A stretch of DNA of 64,000 nucleotides. Origin: an uncultured Chloroflexia bacterium (GTDB lineage Bacteria; Chloroflexota; Limnocylindria; Limnocylindrales; CSP1-4). A program made the translations under genes and the position numbers. The DNA is taken from contig CAWHYC010000008.1 in assembly GCA_963833535.1 (NCBI GenBank), forward strand, positions 457,738 to 521,737, read 5' to 3'. Every line of letters begins with the position of its first letter. The first letter of the stretch is position 1. Positions 47,170-60,247 of the stretch are shown here, piece by piece. The notes beneath the pieces were generated by a model that was not told the DNA's origin, did not search any database, and saw nothing but the letters and a program-made list of their open reading frames with translations.

Positions 47170-48609
47170 GTGACCGACCAGACCGCCGCGGCCGTCGGTG
47201 CCGCCCCCGCTCACGATCTCGATCCCAACGACGTCGCGCCTGCCGTCGCCAGCCTCGAGACCATCGTCTCGCTCTCCAAGCGCCGCGGCTTCATCTTTCC
47301 CTCGTCCGAGATCTACGGTGGCATCAACGCCGTCTGGGACTACGGGCCGCTGGGCGTCGAGCTCAAGAACAACGTCAAGCGAGCCTGGTGGCGGTCGATG
47401 GTCCAGGAGCGCGACGACATCGTGGGCCTCGACGCGGGCATCCTCATGCACCCCCAGGTCTGGGTCACCTCCGGCCACGTGGGCTCCTTCAGCGACCCTC
47501 TCGTGGAGTGCGGCTCCTGCCACCGTCGCTATCGGCTCGACGAGCTGCCCGGTGCCGAGGGCCTGACCGCGACCGACCTCAGCGACCCGACTGTCATCGA
47601 GCGGTTCAAGCTGGTCTGCCCCAACGACGGCGGACCGCTCTCGCCGCCGCGTCGCTTCAACCTCATGTTCCAGACCTACATGGGCCCGGTCCAGGACGAG
47701 GCATCGCTGGTCTATTTCCGACCCGAGACCGCGCAGGGCTCGTACGTCAACTTCAAGAACGTCCAGCAGAGCTCGCGCAAGAAGATCCCCTTCGGCATCG
47801 CCCAGATCGGCAAGTCGTTCCGCAACGAGATCAGCCCCGGCAACTTCGTGTTTCGGATGCGTGAATTCGAGCAGATGGAGATGCAGTACTTCGTGCGCCC
47901 GGACCAGGCCGCCGAGCAGTTCGAGGCCTGGCTGCCACGCCGCTTCGCCTGGTACGAGCAGTACGGCGTCGACTCGCACCGTCTGCGCACGCGCGAGCAC
48001 GCGCCCGACGAGCTGGCGCACTACGCCAAGAAGGCCGTCGACGTCGAATATCGGTTCCCCTTCGGCTGGAAGGAGCTCGAGGGCGTCCACAATCGCGGCG
48101 ACTTCGACCTCGGCAACCATGCCCGCGCCTCGGGCGAGAACCTCGAGTACTTCGACCCGGCGACCGAGGAGCACTTCATGCCCTGGATCGTCGAGACGGC
48201 CGCGGGCGCTGATCGGGCCGCGTTCACCTTCCTCATCGACGCCTATCGCGAGGAAGAGGTCAAGGGCGAGACGCGTGTCTCGCTGGCGCTCCACCCCGAG
48301 CTGGCACCGTACAAGGTGGCAGTCCTGCCGCTGCTCAAGAAGCGGCCCGAGATCGTCGAGCTCTGCCACCGCATCAAGGACGACCTGAAGCGCGAGACGA
48401 TGGCCGTCTACGACGACACCGCGGCCATCGGCAAGCTCTACCGCCGTCAGGATGAGATCGGCACGCCGTGGTGCGTGACGGTCGACGTCGACTCGCTCGA
48501 CGACGGCCAGGTCACCATCCGCGATCGCGACTCGATGACCCAGGAGCGGGTCGCCGCCGACCAGGTCAAGGCCATCATCCTGCAGCGGCTGGCGGCCGCG
48601 CACGGCTGA
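47170..48609 (+). CDS. glyQS: Glycine--tRNA ligase (class II, dimeric GlyQS type)
   Basis: Intact, 479 aa. RRGFIFPSSEIYGG..., FRNEISPGNFVFRMREFEQMEMQYF (motif 2), and a C-terminal anticodon-binding domain. Confidence 0.93.
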   Translation: MTDQTAAAVGAAPAHDLDPNDVAPAVASLETIVSLSKRRGFIFPSSEIYGGINAVWDYGPLGVELKNNVKRAWWRSMVQERDDIVGLDAGILMHPQVWVTSGHVGSFSDPLVECGSCHRRYRLDELPGAEGLTATDLSDPTVIERFKLVCPNDGGPLSPPRRFNLMFQTYMGPVQDEASLVYFRPETAQGSYVNFKNVQQSSRKKIPFGIAQIGKSFRNEISPGNFVFRMREFEQMEMQYFVRPDQAAEQFEAWLPRRFAWYEQYGVDSHRLRTREHAPDELAHYAKKAVDVEYRFPFGWKELEGVHNRGDFDLGNHARASGENLEYFDPATEEHFMPWIVETAAGADRAAFTFLIDAYREEEVKGETRVSLALHPELAPYKVAVLPLLKKRPEIVELCHRIKDDLKRETMAVYDDTAAIGKLYRRQDEIGTPWCVTVDVDSLDDGQVTIRDRDSMTQERVAADQVKAIILQRLAAAHG

Positions 48610-48625
48610 CGCCCGCCGCGCTGCG

Positions 48626-49939
48626 ATGTCCGGCGCGAGCGTCTCCGAGACAGCGGCTGGGGCCGATCAGCCCGACGTCGCGGCTCCGGGCGGCGCTTCG
48701 CAGCCGGAGGCCATGCCACGCGGCTGGCGTGGCATCTGGGACGCCCGTCGGGCCCGCTTGTGGCTCTTGGCGGCCATCGTCGCCGCGTGGCTGCCGTTGG
48801 TCGGCATGCCGCTCCGGAACTGGCTCGACTTCAGCGCCTTCTACGCCGCGGGCGCCCTCGCCTTCACGCCCGCGGTGACCAGCCTGGAAGCGATCGTCCG
48901 CTTCCAGGACCTGCATCAGCTCCCCATCACGCCCTGGGTCTACCCGGCCGGCCTGGCGCTCCTCTACGTGCCCTTTCTCGTGGCTGCCCTACGGGCTGGC
49001 CGCCGCGCTCCACGTCGGCGCTCGAGGCCGGGATGCTGGCGCTGGCCGCCTGGATCGGGGCACCCCTGCTGGGCATCCCTCGGCGCTGGGCGCTCGTTGG
49101 CACGTTCGCCTGGGCACCGGCCGCAGCCGGTGTCGTGAGCGGCCAGAACGTCGGCCTTGGCCTGCTCCTCGTCGTCCTCGGCGCGTGGGCGATGGTGCAG
49201 AGCAGGCCGTGGATGGCGGGGTTGATGGTCGGGCTCCTGGCCTACAAGCCGCAACTCGCGGCACCGCAGGTCGGCACGCTCCTCTGGCGGGGCGTCTGGC
49301 GGGCGGTGCTGACCTTCCTGGCCGTCGTCATCGGGCACTACCTGCTGGGGTGTCGCGGCCACGGGCGGCACGTGGGCCTGGCCGGTCGATTGGCTATCCA
49401 CCCTTCAGAGGTACAGCGGCCCGGACTTCCTGGCCAACGGCTGGCAGGCGGTCTCCGTGCCCGCCATCGCGGGACGGATCGCAGCGACCGTCGGGGGGCC
49501 GGGGGAGTCGGGCGCCTTCTCGCCGTTCGTGCTCCTCGGCTACGCCGTCGGGCTCGCCTACGTCGTGGCCAGCCTCCGGGCGCTTCGGACGTGGGGCGTG
49601 ACGGCCGCACTGGCGCTCGCCGCGGCCGTGGGCCTGGTCATCAGCCCCCACGCCTGGATCTACGACGCGACCCTGCTCCTGCCGGCGCTCGGGGTCTTCG
49701 CGGTCGCCGCGGGTGGTCGCGGTTGGCCGTGGCAGGATCGCTGGCTGCTGGTCGCCGCCTACGCCATCGTTCTGCTCTGGCCGCTGGGTGGCTTCATCGG
49801 CATCGCCACGCCGCTCGTCGTCGTGCTGTTCGTCCCCGCCGTGCTCCTCGGCTGGGGGCCGCTGCGACGGTTCGGCGCGCAGGCCGTACCGGCGACCGGA
49901 CTCGGGGCCGGCCCTGCGACTTCCAGTGGCACCGGTTGA
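48626..49939 (+). CDS. GT87/DUF2029-like polytopic membrane glycosyltransferase (at least three frame breaks)
   Basis: Hydrophobic pieces in three frames: ...DFSAFYAAGALAF...LLYVPF, then SWLPYGLAAALHVG, then ALEAGMLALAAW...LLAYKPQLAAP...HYLLG, then VAATGGTWAWPVDWL...YDATLLLPAL... Shifts at about 48977, 49020 and 49348 (a G-run). Confidence 0.6.
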
Positions 49940-50061
49940 TGGGATACACGACCGGTCGCCGCCCACGGACGAGTATCTTCCACCCGCGCACAGGCTGGGT
50001 GGCAAGTCGCTGACGAGCTACAGGCGATCCGCCGCGCATCCGATGGCGCGACGATCCGAGT

Positions 50062-50805
50062 GTGGACGATGTTCGGGCTGGACTGATCCTTCGGAGTCTG
50101 CGGCGCCGGGCCCGGCTTCGGCAGCTCGATCTGGGGCGCCGGACGGGTATCAGCCAACAGACCGTTTCTCGACTCGAGCGGGGCGAGTTGGACAAGCTGT
50201 CGCTGCGGACGATCCGCGGGGTCTTCGAGAACGTTGGCGCCGAGTACCGGGCCGAGGTTCGGTGGCGCGGCGCGGAGGTGGATCGGCTCCTCGACGATGC
50301 CCACGCAAGCCTGGTAGGGGCGACATCCATGCTGCTCCGCGAGCATGGGTGGGACGTCGCATTGGAAGTGACCTTCTCGAGCTACGGTGAGCGAGGGTCG
50401 ATCGACATCCTCGCCTTCCACCGCGGGGCGCAAGCTCTCCTTGTCATCGAAGTCAAGTCGTCGCTGGCGTCCGTCGAGGAGTTGCTCCGGCGCCTGGATG
50501 TCAAGGTTCGCCTCGCGCCACGCATCGCTGCTGATGTCTGGGGCGCCCCCGCCGATCGGGCATCCAGACTGGTCATCCTGCCTGCGACGCGAACCGAGCG
50601 GCGGCATGTCGATCGCCATCGCAACGTCCTGTCCGTTGCCCTCCCGATGCGGGGCCGCTGGGCGCTCGCGTGGCTGCGGACGCCGGAGGGCATGCTTGCC
50701 GGACTGGCGTTCGTGCCACCCACGCATGGCGAGAGTAGAGGTCCGGTGGCTGGCGGACGGCACCGGGTCGACGTGCCTCGCGTCGGATCGGCTCGCCGTT
50801 CCTGA
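50062..50805 (+). CDS. Fusion protein: N-terminal XRE-type helix-turn-helix plus C-terminal PD-(D/E)xK (YraN-like) nuclease-fold domain
   Basis: 247 aa, GTG start. LRSLRRRARLRQLDLGRRTGISQQTVSRLERGE is an XRE HTH. ERGSIDILAF-(7)-LLVIEVKSS matches the D...E-x-K nuclease core. Confidence 0.6.
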   Translation: MDDVRAGLILRSLRRRARLRQLDLGRRTGISQQTVSRLERGELDKLSLRTIRGVFENVGAEYRAEVRWRGAEVDRLLDDAHASLVGATSMLLREHGWDVALEVTFSSYGERGSIDILAFHRGAQALLVIEVKSSLASVEELLRRLDVKVRLAPRIAADVWGAPADRASRLVILPATRTERRHVDRHRNVLSVALPMRGRWALAWLRTPEGMLAGLAFVPPTHGESRGPVAGGRHRVDVPRVGSARRS

Positions 50806-50942
50806 GCGTGTACTACGGCTCGAGGGCCAGATCCGTACCGCGATTTCGAAGCCGCCAGGGCACGCATGGCCGCGCCGGACGGACCTGCACTCTGTGCATG
50901 CGTAGCTGTCCGGAGGCGCTCGGTCGACTGAGCCGCGAACCC

Positions 50943-51748
50943 TCAGACCGCGCCGCGCGGCTCCTTGCCCTTCGGCCAGTAGAGCTCCTTCTTGACCTGC
51001 GCCTCCGGGAAGCCTCGGCCGAGGAGGGTCTGCTCGACGCTGGCGATCATGTCGGGATTGCCGCAGATGTAGGCGATGGCGTTGTCGGGCGTCAGGCCCA
51101 GCTCGTCGAAGACGGCGGGCACGATCGCCTCGACCCGGCCCGGTCCGCCCCGACCAGCCGGCGTTGCGCGCGTCGTTCGGCCGGGAGACGGTCGGGATGT
51201 AGCTCGCCGGGTACGTGCCCGACGCGCCCCAGCCCTCGACCAGCTCGCGGTAGCCCAGCTCGTCGACGTACGAGGCGCCGTGGAGCACCGTGGCGCGCCG
51301 CGGACGACCGTCGTAGAGCAGCGTCGACATCATCGAGACGAACGGCGCGATGCCCGTGCCGCTGCTGATGAAGACGTGCATCCGCTCGTCGTCGGGCTCG
51401 AGCACGAACTTGCCCTTGGGGCCCTTGAGGCTCATGCCCTGGCCGATCGGCAGCGCGCCACAGGAGCGGGGTGAACATGCCGCCGGTCACCAGGCGCACG
51501 TAGAACTCGTAGCCGTCGTCCCGTGCCCGGGGCGATGAGGCGACCGAGTACGGACGCTGGATGAGCTTGCCGTTCGACTCCACCCCGATGGTCAGGTACT
51601 GGCCGGGCTCGAAGTCGATGAACGGCCCATCCGGCTTGACCCAGAAGAAGGCCAGCGAGTCGGTCAGGTCCTCACGCCGCACCAACGTGGCGCCGTAGAG
51701 GGGCGACGCCGCCGCGATGGGGCGGTCGTCGATGACGAGCTCGGTCAT
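50943..51748 (-). CDS. Ferredoxin--NADP(+) reductase-type flavoprotein (two frame breaks)
   Basis: MTELVIDD...GQYLTIGVE...QRPYSVASSP (RxYS FAD motif), then KFVLEPDDERMHVFISSGTGIAPF (NADP motif), then RVEAIVPAVFDELGLTPDNAIAYICGNPDMI...YWPKGKEPRGAV*, in three frames. Shifts at about 51465 and 51140. Confidence 0.8.
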
Positions 51749-51859
51749 GGGCGTCGGTCGGTCACGTGGCAGGTGCCTCCTGCAGGTCTCGAGGCGTCGG
51801 GTCGGCGATCGGTGTCAGTCTACGGCTGGCCGGCGACCCCGAGCAGGCTCCACGGCACT

Positions 51860-53881
51860 CTACAGAAGGTCCGGACGGACCCATTCTCGGCCCAGCACGT
51901 GCTGGTCGAGGAAGGCCAGCACGGTCCCGTACCAGAGGCGCGAGTTGGCCGGCTTCAGGATCCAGTGGTTCTCGTCGGGGAAGTACAGGAACCTGGCCTC
52001 GACCCCGTGGCGCCAGAGATCGGTCCACAGGCGCAAGGCCTCGCCGATGGGCACCCGGTGGTCGAGCTCGCCGTGGATGACCAGCATCGGCGTCTTGATG
52101 GCGTCGATCGAGGCCGACGGGGACTGCTCGACGTAGGGGCTGGGGTCGACGTACGGATCGCCGAACTCCTGCTCCATCCAAGGCCCATAGTCCGTCACGC
52201 CATGGAAGCCACGCAGGTCCCAGAGCGAGGCGTGGGTGACGATGGCCCGGAAGCGATCGGTGTGGCCGGCCACCCAGTTGGCCATGTAGCCGCCGAACGA
52301 GCCCCCCATCAGGGCCGTCCGTTGGTCATCGATGTCGCGCCGCGCGACGACCGCGTCGATGACGCTCATCACGTCGCTGTATGGCCGCTGATGCCAGGCG
52401 CCCCAGCCGCGATCGATCATCTGCTGGCCGTAGCCGGTCGAGAAGGCCGGATCGGGCAGCAACACGGCATAGCCGCGCTCGACGAGGACGTGTGGGTTCC
52501 AGCGCCAGTGCCAGCCCGACCACGAGCCGAGCGGTCCGCCGTGCACGAAGGTCACCAGCGGCGCAGGCTCGGTGGCCGTTGCCGATGACGGCCGGACGAG
52601 CCAGGCACCGATCTCGACGCCGTCGTCGGCCGTGGTCACCAGGCGCTCGACGACGCCACGTCGGGGCAGCTCGGCCTCGATGACCGGGGAGGGGATCTCG
52701 AACGCAGTCTGGTCGGCGGCGTGCGCATCGAGGCGTGCCACGAACGGTGGCCGGTCGATGCGCGCGCAGAGGGCGTAGAGCGTCTGACCGTCCGGTGTCG
52801 GGCAAAGGTCGGCGTAGCTCCCGTCGCCGGCCAGCAGCGTGGTCTCGTCGGTGGCCAGGTCGACGCGGAAGATGGACGTGGCGCCGAGGTGATCGGCCAG
52901 CACGAAGATGGCGTCACCGGCCGGCGCCCAGGTGATCGAGCCCGGCCAGCGGTCGAGCGTGGCGCCGATCCGGCGGCCGCCCCCGGAGGCGACATCGATG
53001 AGCCAGAGGGTCGGGGCCTCGGCCTGGTCCGGCGTCCCGAACGAGATCCGGATGCAGGCCACCGAGCGCCCGTCGGGCGAGATGGCCGGCGCGGCGTACA
53101 GGGCGTCGCCGTCGGTCAGCTCTCTGCGCTCGCTGGTGGCCCGGTCGATGAGGATGAGGTCCTGGCGAACGGGCTGCGTGGCGCGCAGCCAGGTGGTGAC
53201 CACGAACGTGCCATCGTCGGCCAGGTCGAACTCGGGCTCGATCATCGCTTCCTGCGTGGGGCCGGTCAGGTCGCGCGGCTCGGCCAGCGTCTCGGTCATC
53301 GAGGTCGGCGTGGCCGCCGTGAACAGGTGCACATCACGTGGCCCCAGGTAGTGGTCCCAGTAGCGGATCGGGAAGCGCTCGAAGAGCAGTGCGCCGACGC
53401 CGGCGTCCTTCCTGGCCTTCTCGATGGCCTCGTCGGCCGCGAAGTCGGCGGCCCCCGGATGGAGCGGCACGGCCAGGACGACGTCGCCGCTCGTGCGCGC
53501 GGTGGCGATCCCGGCCACACCGGCCTGCGGTGCCAGCAGCAGGCGCGCCTCGCCGCCCTCGGCTGGCAGCAGCCACAGGCCGGCCGGCGGCTTGTCCTTG
53601 GCCTCGTCGGCCTTGGCATCGGGATCGGGACGCGCCGAGGTGAAGAGCAGCGAGCCGTCCGGCAGGAAGGCCGCCCCGCTCTCGCCGGCCGCGGAGCGCG
53701 TCAGGCGACGTGGCGGCCTGGCCCCGGTCACATCGATGCCCCAGATGGCGCTCTTGAAGGCCTTGCCCTCGGCATCGAGCCCGGCCACGCTGACCGCCAG
53801 CCATGAGCCGTCGGGCGAGCCGCGCAGGCCCGTCAGGCGTGGGATTCGCAGGAAGTGGTCGAGGTCGAACGGTTCGCTCAT
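51860..53881 (-). CDS. S9-family serine peptidase (prolyl oligopeptidase / acylaminoacyl-peptidase type)
   Basis: Intact, 673 aa. N-terminal beta-propeller-like region. C-terminal alpha/beta hydrolase with nucleophile elbow GGSFGGY and HGELDHRVP. Confidence 0.88.
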   Translation of the reverse strand: MSEPFDLDHFLRIPRLTGLRGSPDGSWLAVSVAGLDAEGKAFKSAIWGIDVTGARPPRRLTRSAAGESGAAFLPDGSLLFTSARPDPDAKADEAKDKPPAGLWLLPAEGGEARLLLAPQAGVAGIATARTSGDVVLAVPLHPGAADFAADEAIEKARKDAGVGALLFERFPIRYWDHYLGPRDVHLFTAATPTSMTETLAEPRDLTGPTQEAMIEPEFDLADDGTFVVTTWLRATQPVRQDLILIDRATSERRELTDGDALYAAPAISPDGRSVACIRISFGTPDQAEAPTLWLIDVASGGGRRIGATLDRWPGSITWAPAGDAIFVLADHLGATSIFRVDLATDETTLLAGDGSYADLCPTPDGQTLYALCARIDRPPFVARLDAHAADQTAFEIPSPVIEAELPRRGVVERLVTTADDGVEIGAWLVRPSSATATEPAPLVTFVHGGPLGSWSGWHWRWNPHVLVERGYAVLLPDPAFSTGYGQQMIDRGWGAWHQRPYSDVMSVIDAVVARRDIDDQRTALMGGSFGGYMANWVAGHTDRFRAIVTHASLWDLRGFHGVTDYGPWMEQEFGDPYVDPSPYVEQSPSASIDAIKTPMLVIHGELDHRVPIGEALRLWTDLWRHGVEARFLYFPDENHWILKPANSRLWYGTVLAFLDQHVLGREWVRPDLL

Positions 53882-53995
53882 GGCACGATGATGGCAGAGC
53901 GCGAGCGCGTCGACCGATCCGCCCTACAATCCACGAAACACGATCGACCTGCCGCCGGTGACGTCCGGCCACGCCCGACCAAGGAGCCTGCCCGC

Positions 53996-56771
<2,776 letters not shown>

Positions 56772-56787
56772 TCCTATCGATCTAACG

Positions 56788-56807
56788 GTCCCGGACGCTG
56801 CCGGGAC
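56788..56807 (+). terminator. 7-bp hairpin just after the ppdK stop (weak terminator candidate, no U-tract)
   Basis: gtcccgg-acgctg-ccgggac read directly, 17 nt after TAG 56771. Confidence 0.3.
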
Positions 56808-56825
56808 GCCTGGAGGCCTCGAGCC

Positions 56826-58341
56826 ATGACAGAACCGACCCCCATCCGGACGACGCGGACCCGGAAGCCACGAACGACCAAGGCCCCCGACGAGGCCACG
56901 GCCGCCGCCTACGACGCCGCCTGGCAGGTCGAGCCGCCGGCGGGCCCGTCCTGGACGGCGCGGCCGTGGGTCAACCCGACCGAGCGTGCCGCCAAGGGCA
57001 AGGCCGCCCGCAAGCGCGTCCCGCGCGTCAGCCACGCGGCGTTCGAGCCCGCGGCGGGCCGCGACCCGATCGCCATCCTGGCCGCCCAGGAGGAGGACCG
57101 GCTCCAGGAGCTCGTGCCGCTGCGCCACGAGCGGATGGCCGAGTCGGCCTTCGCCTACTACCGCGGCACGCCGGCGGTGATGGCCTTCGACCTCGCCTCC
57201 ACGCCGCGCACCGACATCCTCGTCCAGGCCAGCGGCGACGCCCACCTCTCCAACTTCGGGCTCTTCGCCTCGCCCGAGCGGACGCTCGTCTTCGACGCCA
57301 ACGACTTCGACGAGACGCTGCCGGGTCCATGGGAGTGGGACGTCAAGCGGCTCGCCGCGAGCGTCGTCATCGCCGGCCGCGCCAACGGCTTCAGCGCCGC
57401 GCCAGAATCCGCGCGGCGACGATGGCCACGGTGCGCGGCTACCGCCAGTGGATGGCCCGCTACGCCAGCATGCGCCTGCTCGACGTCTGGTACGCCTCGA
57501 TCACCGACGCCGACATCCGCGAGGCGGCCGAGGCGACCGGGCTGCTCCAGGGACGCGCCGGCGGCGAGCGTCGGGCGCGCTTGGAAGCCATCTTCACCAA
57601 GGCCCGCCGGCGCGACGGCATGCGCGCCTTCGAGTCGCTGACCGCGCGTCGTCGACGGGCGCCGGGTCATCCTCGAGGACCCGCCGGTCATCACCCACGT
57701 CGAGGTCGCGGGCGGCCCGGCGGCGCTCGAGCAAGGTCTTCACCGACTACCGGGCGACGATGCCGGAGAACCGGCGCGACTTCCTCGAGCGCTACCGCTT
57801 CGTCGACTTCGCCCTCAAGGTCGTCGGCGTGGGGAGCGTCGGCACCCGCTGCTTCGTCCTCGTCCTCGAGGGCCGCGACGAGAACGACCCGCTCATCCTG
57901 CAGGCCAAGGAGGCGACGGCCTCCGTCATGGAGCCGTACCTCGAGCGCGAGCGGCCACGCCAACCATGGCCAGCGCGTGGTCGTCGGCCAGCAGCTCATG
58001 CAGGCGACGTCCGACATCTTCCTGGGCTGGACGCGGGGACCCGGCGGCCGTGACTTCTACCTCCGCCAGCTGTGGGACATGAAGGGCTCCGTCGACACCA
58101 CGACCCTCCAGCCGCCCGGCCTGGGCTTCTACGCGGGCACTCTGCGGCTGGTCGCTGGCGCGAGCGCACGCTCGCACCGGCGACGCGGCGGCCATCTCCG
58201 CGTACCTCGGCACCAGCGACACGTTCGACGGGGCGATCGCCGACTTCTCGGAGACCTACGCCGACGTCAACGCGCGCGACCATGCGGCCTACCTGGCGGC
58301 GATCGAGGCAGGGCGCGTCTCGGTGCCCCAGCGCGACCTGA
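56826..58341 (+). CDS. DUF2252-family protein (at least five frame breaks; 3' end uncertain)
   Basis: LVPLRHERMAESAFAYYRGTPAVMAFDLASTPRTDILVQASGDAHLSNFGLFASPERTLVFDANDFDETLPGPWEWDVKRLAAS is DUF2252-like. Later pieces (YRQWMARYASMRLLDVWY; VVDGRRVILEDPPVITHV; VFTDYRATMPENRRDFLERYRFVDFALKVVGVGSVGTRC; HGQRVVVGQQLMQATSDIFLGW; CGWSLARAHARTGDAAAISAYLG) alternate between frames. Confidence 0.7.
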
Positions 58342-58388
58342 TCGTCGGCGCTGCCGCATGCCCTGTTGCGGCGAGTGGCGCCGCGGAG

Positions 58389-59189
58389 CTACCGCCAGCG
58401 GGTCAGGATCGTCTCGCGTCCGAAGAGCCGGTTGGCCAGTCGGAGGCCGGCCACGCCCACGATGGTGGTCACGATGGCCGCGATGACGTACTGCTGCGCG
58501 CCGAACAGGAAGCCGCTGACGGCCTGGATGACGGCGATGCTGGCCAGCGGGATGATGATCAGGCCGCCGATCTGCTGCGCCACCCGCGGGTCGTTGACGC
58601 GGCTGCTGACGATGATGCCAGCCACGCAGGACACGAGCCCGACGGCCGGCCCGAGCAGGAACACCGCCGCCAGCCACGACGGATCGAGGATCACCTGCGC
58701 CAGTCGTGGCCCGAGCACGATGCCGGCCAGCACGACCAGCAGCCCGTAGGCGAGCCACGAGGTGAGCATGCCGGGCACGATGGCCGAGAGCGTCTTGCCA
58801 CCCAACAGCTCGCTCGTCCGGATGGGTGAGGCGAGTACCGCCTCGAGGCTCTTGGTCTGCTTCTCGCCGACGATCGAGAACGTGGCGATGGAGAGCGGCA
58901 CGTATGCCGGCAGGATCAGGAAGAGCGACAGGAACTGCTGGAGGCTATACGCCGCGACCAGCTCTTCGATGGCCAGGTCGGCCCAATCAGGACGGTTGGC
59001 GATGATGGTCTTGACGAAGTCGTCGGGCAGCGGCTGCGTGCTGGCGGCCACGCCGGCCAGGGAGCCGAGGACCAGCGGCGTGACGACGAGCACGATGGGC
59101 GGGATGACGATGGAGAGCACGAGCAGCCGATTGCGGACGATCTCCAATGCCTCGCGCCGAACGACGGTCCAGACGATGGCCGCGCGCAT
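58389..59189 (-). CDS. ABC-2 type transporter permease
   Basis: 266 aa with six predicted hydrophobic segments. ATGA overlap with the upstream ATPase gene. Confidence 0.8.
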   Translation of the reverse strand: MRAAIVWTVVRREALEIVRNRLLVLSIVIPPIVLVVTPLVLGSLAGVAASTQPLPDDFVKTIIANRPDWADLAIEELVAAYSLQQFLSLFLILPAYVPLSIATFSIVGEKQTKSLEAVLASPIRTSELLGGKTLSAIVPGMLTSWLAYGLLVVLAGIVLGPRLAQVILDPSWLAAVFLLGPAVGLVSCVAGIIVSSRVNDPRVAQQIGGLIIIPLASIAVIQAVSGFLFGAQQYVIAAIVTTIVGVAGLRLANRLFGRETILTRWR

Positions 59190-60247
59190 CAGACCGCCCC
59201 GCCTTCGAGCTGGGGTCGACGACCCATGACCTCGAAGTAGACGTCCTCGAGCGTGCGGCTGGCCTCGCGCACGCCGACGACGAGGGCACCCGCCTCGACG
59301 AGCGTGCGCACGACCTCGGGTGCATCAGCCCGTAGATCTGTCAGCTGACAGGTCAATGTGCCGCCGCCTGATGCGCTCCCCGCGGACACCTGCGAGTCGT
59401 CGGACATGTGCGGCGTCGTCGCGGCTACATGGGAGACGCGGGGCAAGGCGGCCACCGCCGCCACCTGCGCCGGGGTCGGCGCCGCCACGAGGTCGACGTG
59501 CAGCACCGGCCCGCCACCGTTGCCGTTGCCGCCGCGCAGTCGGGCCGGGCTGTCGACCCGCAGCAGCGCTCCGCGCACGAAGCCGATGCGGTCGCACAGC
59601 CGCTCGGCCTCGTCGAGGTTGTGCGTGCAGAGGACGATCGTGCGGCCGGCGCCGCGCAGGGAGGCGATGGCCTCGCGAACGACGAAGGCGGCCTCCGGGT
59701 CGAGGGCGGCCGTCGGCTCGTCGAGGAAGACGACGCTGGGCTCGTGGATGAGGGCACGGGCGATGGCCAGCTTTTGCTTCATGCCCTTGCTGAAGGTGCC
59801 CGCCAGGTCGTCGCGCCGGTCCCAGAGCTCGAAGACGCGCAGGAAGCGCTCGATCCGCTCGGCGCGGGTCGTCTGGTCGAGGCCATGCAGTCGGGCGAAG
59901 AAGTCGAGGTTCTGCATCGCCGTCAGTCGGTCGTAGAGCCCAGGGGTCTCGGTCAGGATGCCGATCCGCGCTCGCACCGCATCGGCATCGGCGGTGACCT
60001 CGAAGCCGTCGATCCAGGCGCGGCCCTCGGTCGGGGCGATGAGCGAGGTCAGCAGCCGGACGGTCGTCGTCTTGCCGGCACCATTGGGGCCGAGCAGCCC
60101 GAAGACCTCGCCCGGTGCAAGCTCAAGCGTCACGCCGCGAAGGGCCCACAGGTCGCCGAACCGACGACCCAGGCCCTCGGTCCGGATGGCCGGCGTTGGT
60201 CCGCCGCTACCGGCCGGCGTCGTGCCGCCCGCGCTCGCGAGCGTCAC
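59189..60247 (-). CDS. ABC transporter ATP-binding protein (ABC-2/DrrA-like)
   Basis: GTG at 60247 (GTGA overlap with the HAD gene stop). Walker A GPNGAGKTT, signature FSKGMKQKL, Walker B VVFLDEPTAALD, H-loop THNL. The ORF track fuses it to the upstream HAD gene as a 572-aa ORF. Confidence 0.88.
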   Translation of the reverse strand: MTLASAGGTTPAGSGGPTPAIRTEGLGRRFGDLWALRGVTLELAPGEVFGLLGPNGAGKTTTVRLLTSLIAPTEGRAWIDGFEVTADADAVRARIGILTETPGLYDRLTAMQNLDFFARLHGLDQTTRAERIERFLRVFELWDRRDDLAGTFSKGMKQKLAIARALIHEPSVVFLDEPTAALDPEAAFVVREAIASLRGAGRTIVLCTHNLDEAERLCDRIGFVRGALLRVDSPARLRGGNGNGGGPVLHVDLVAAPTPAQVAAVAALPRVSHVAATTPHMSDDSQVSAGSASGGGTLTCQLTDLRADAPEVVRTLVEAGALVVGVREASRTLEDVYFEVMGRRPQLEGGAV

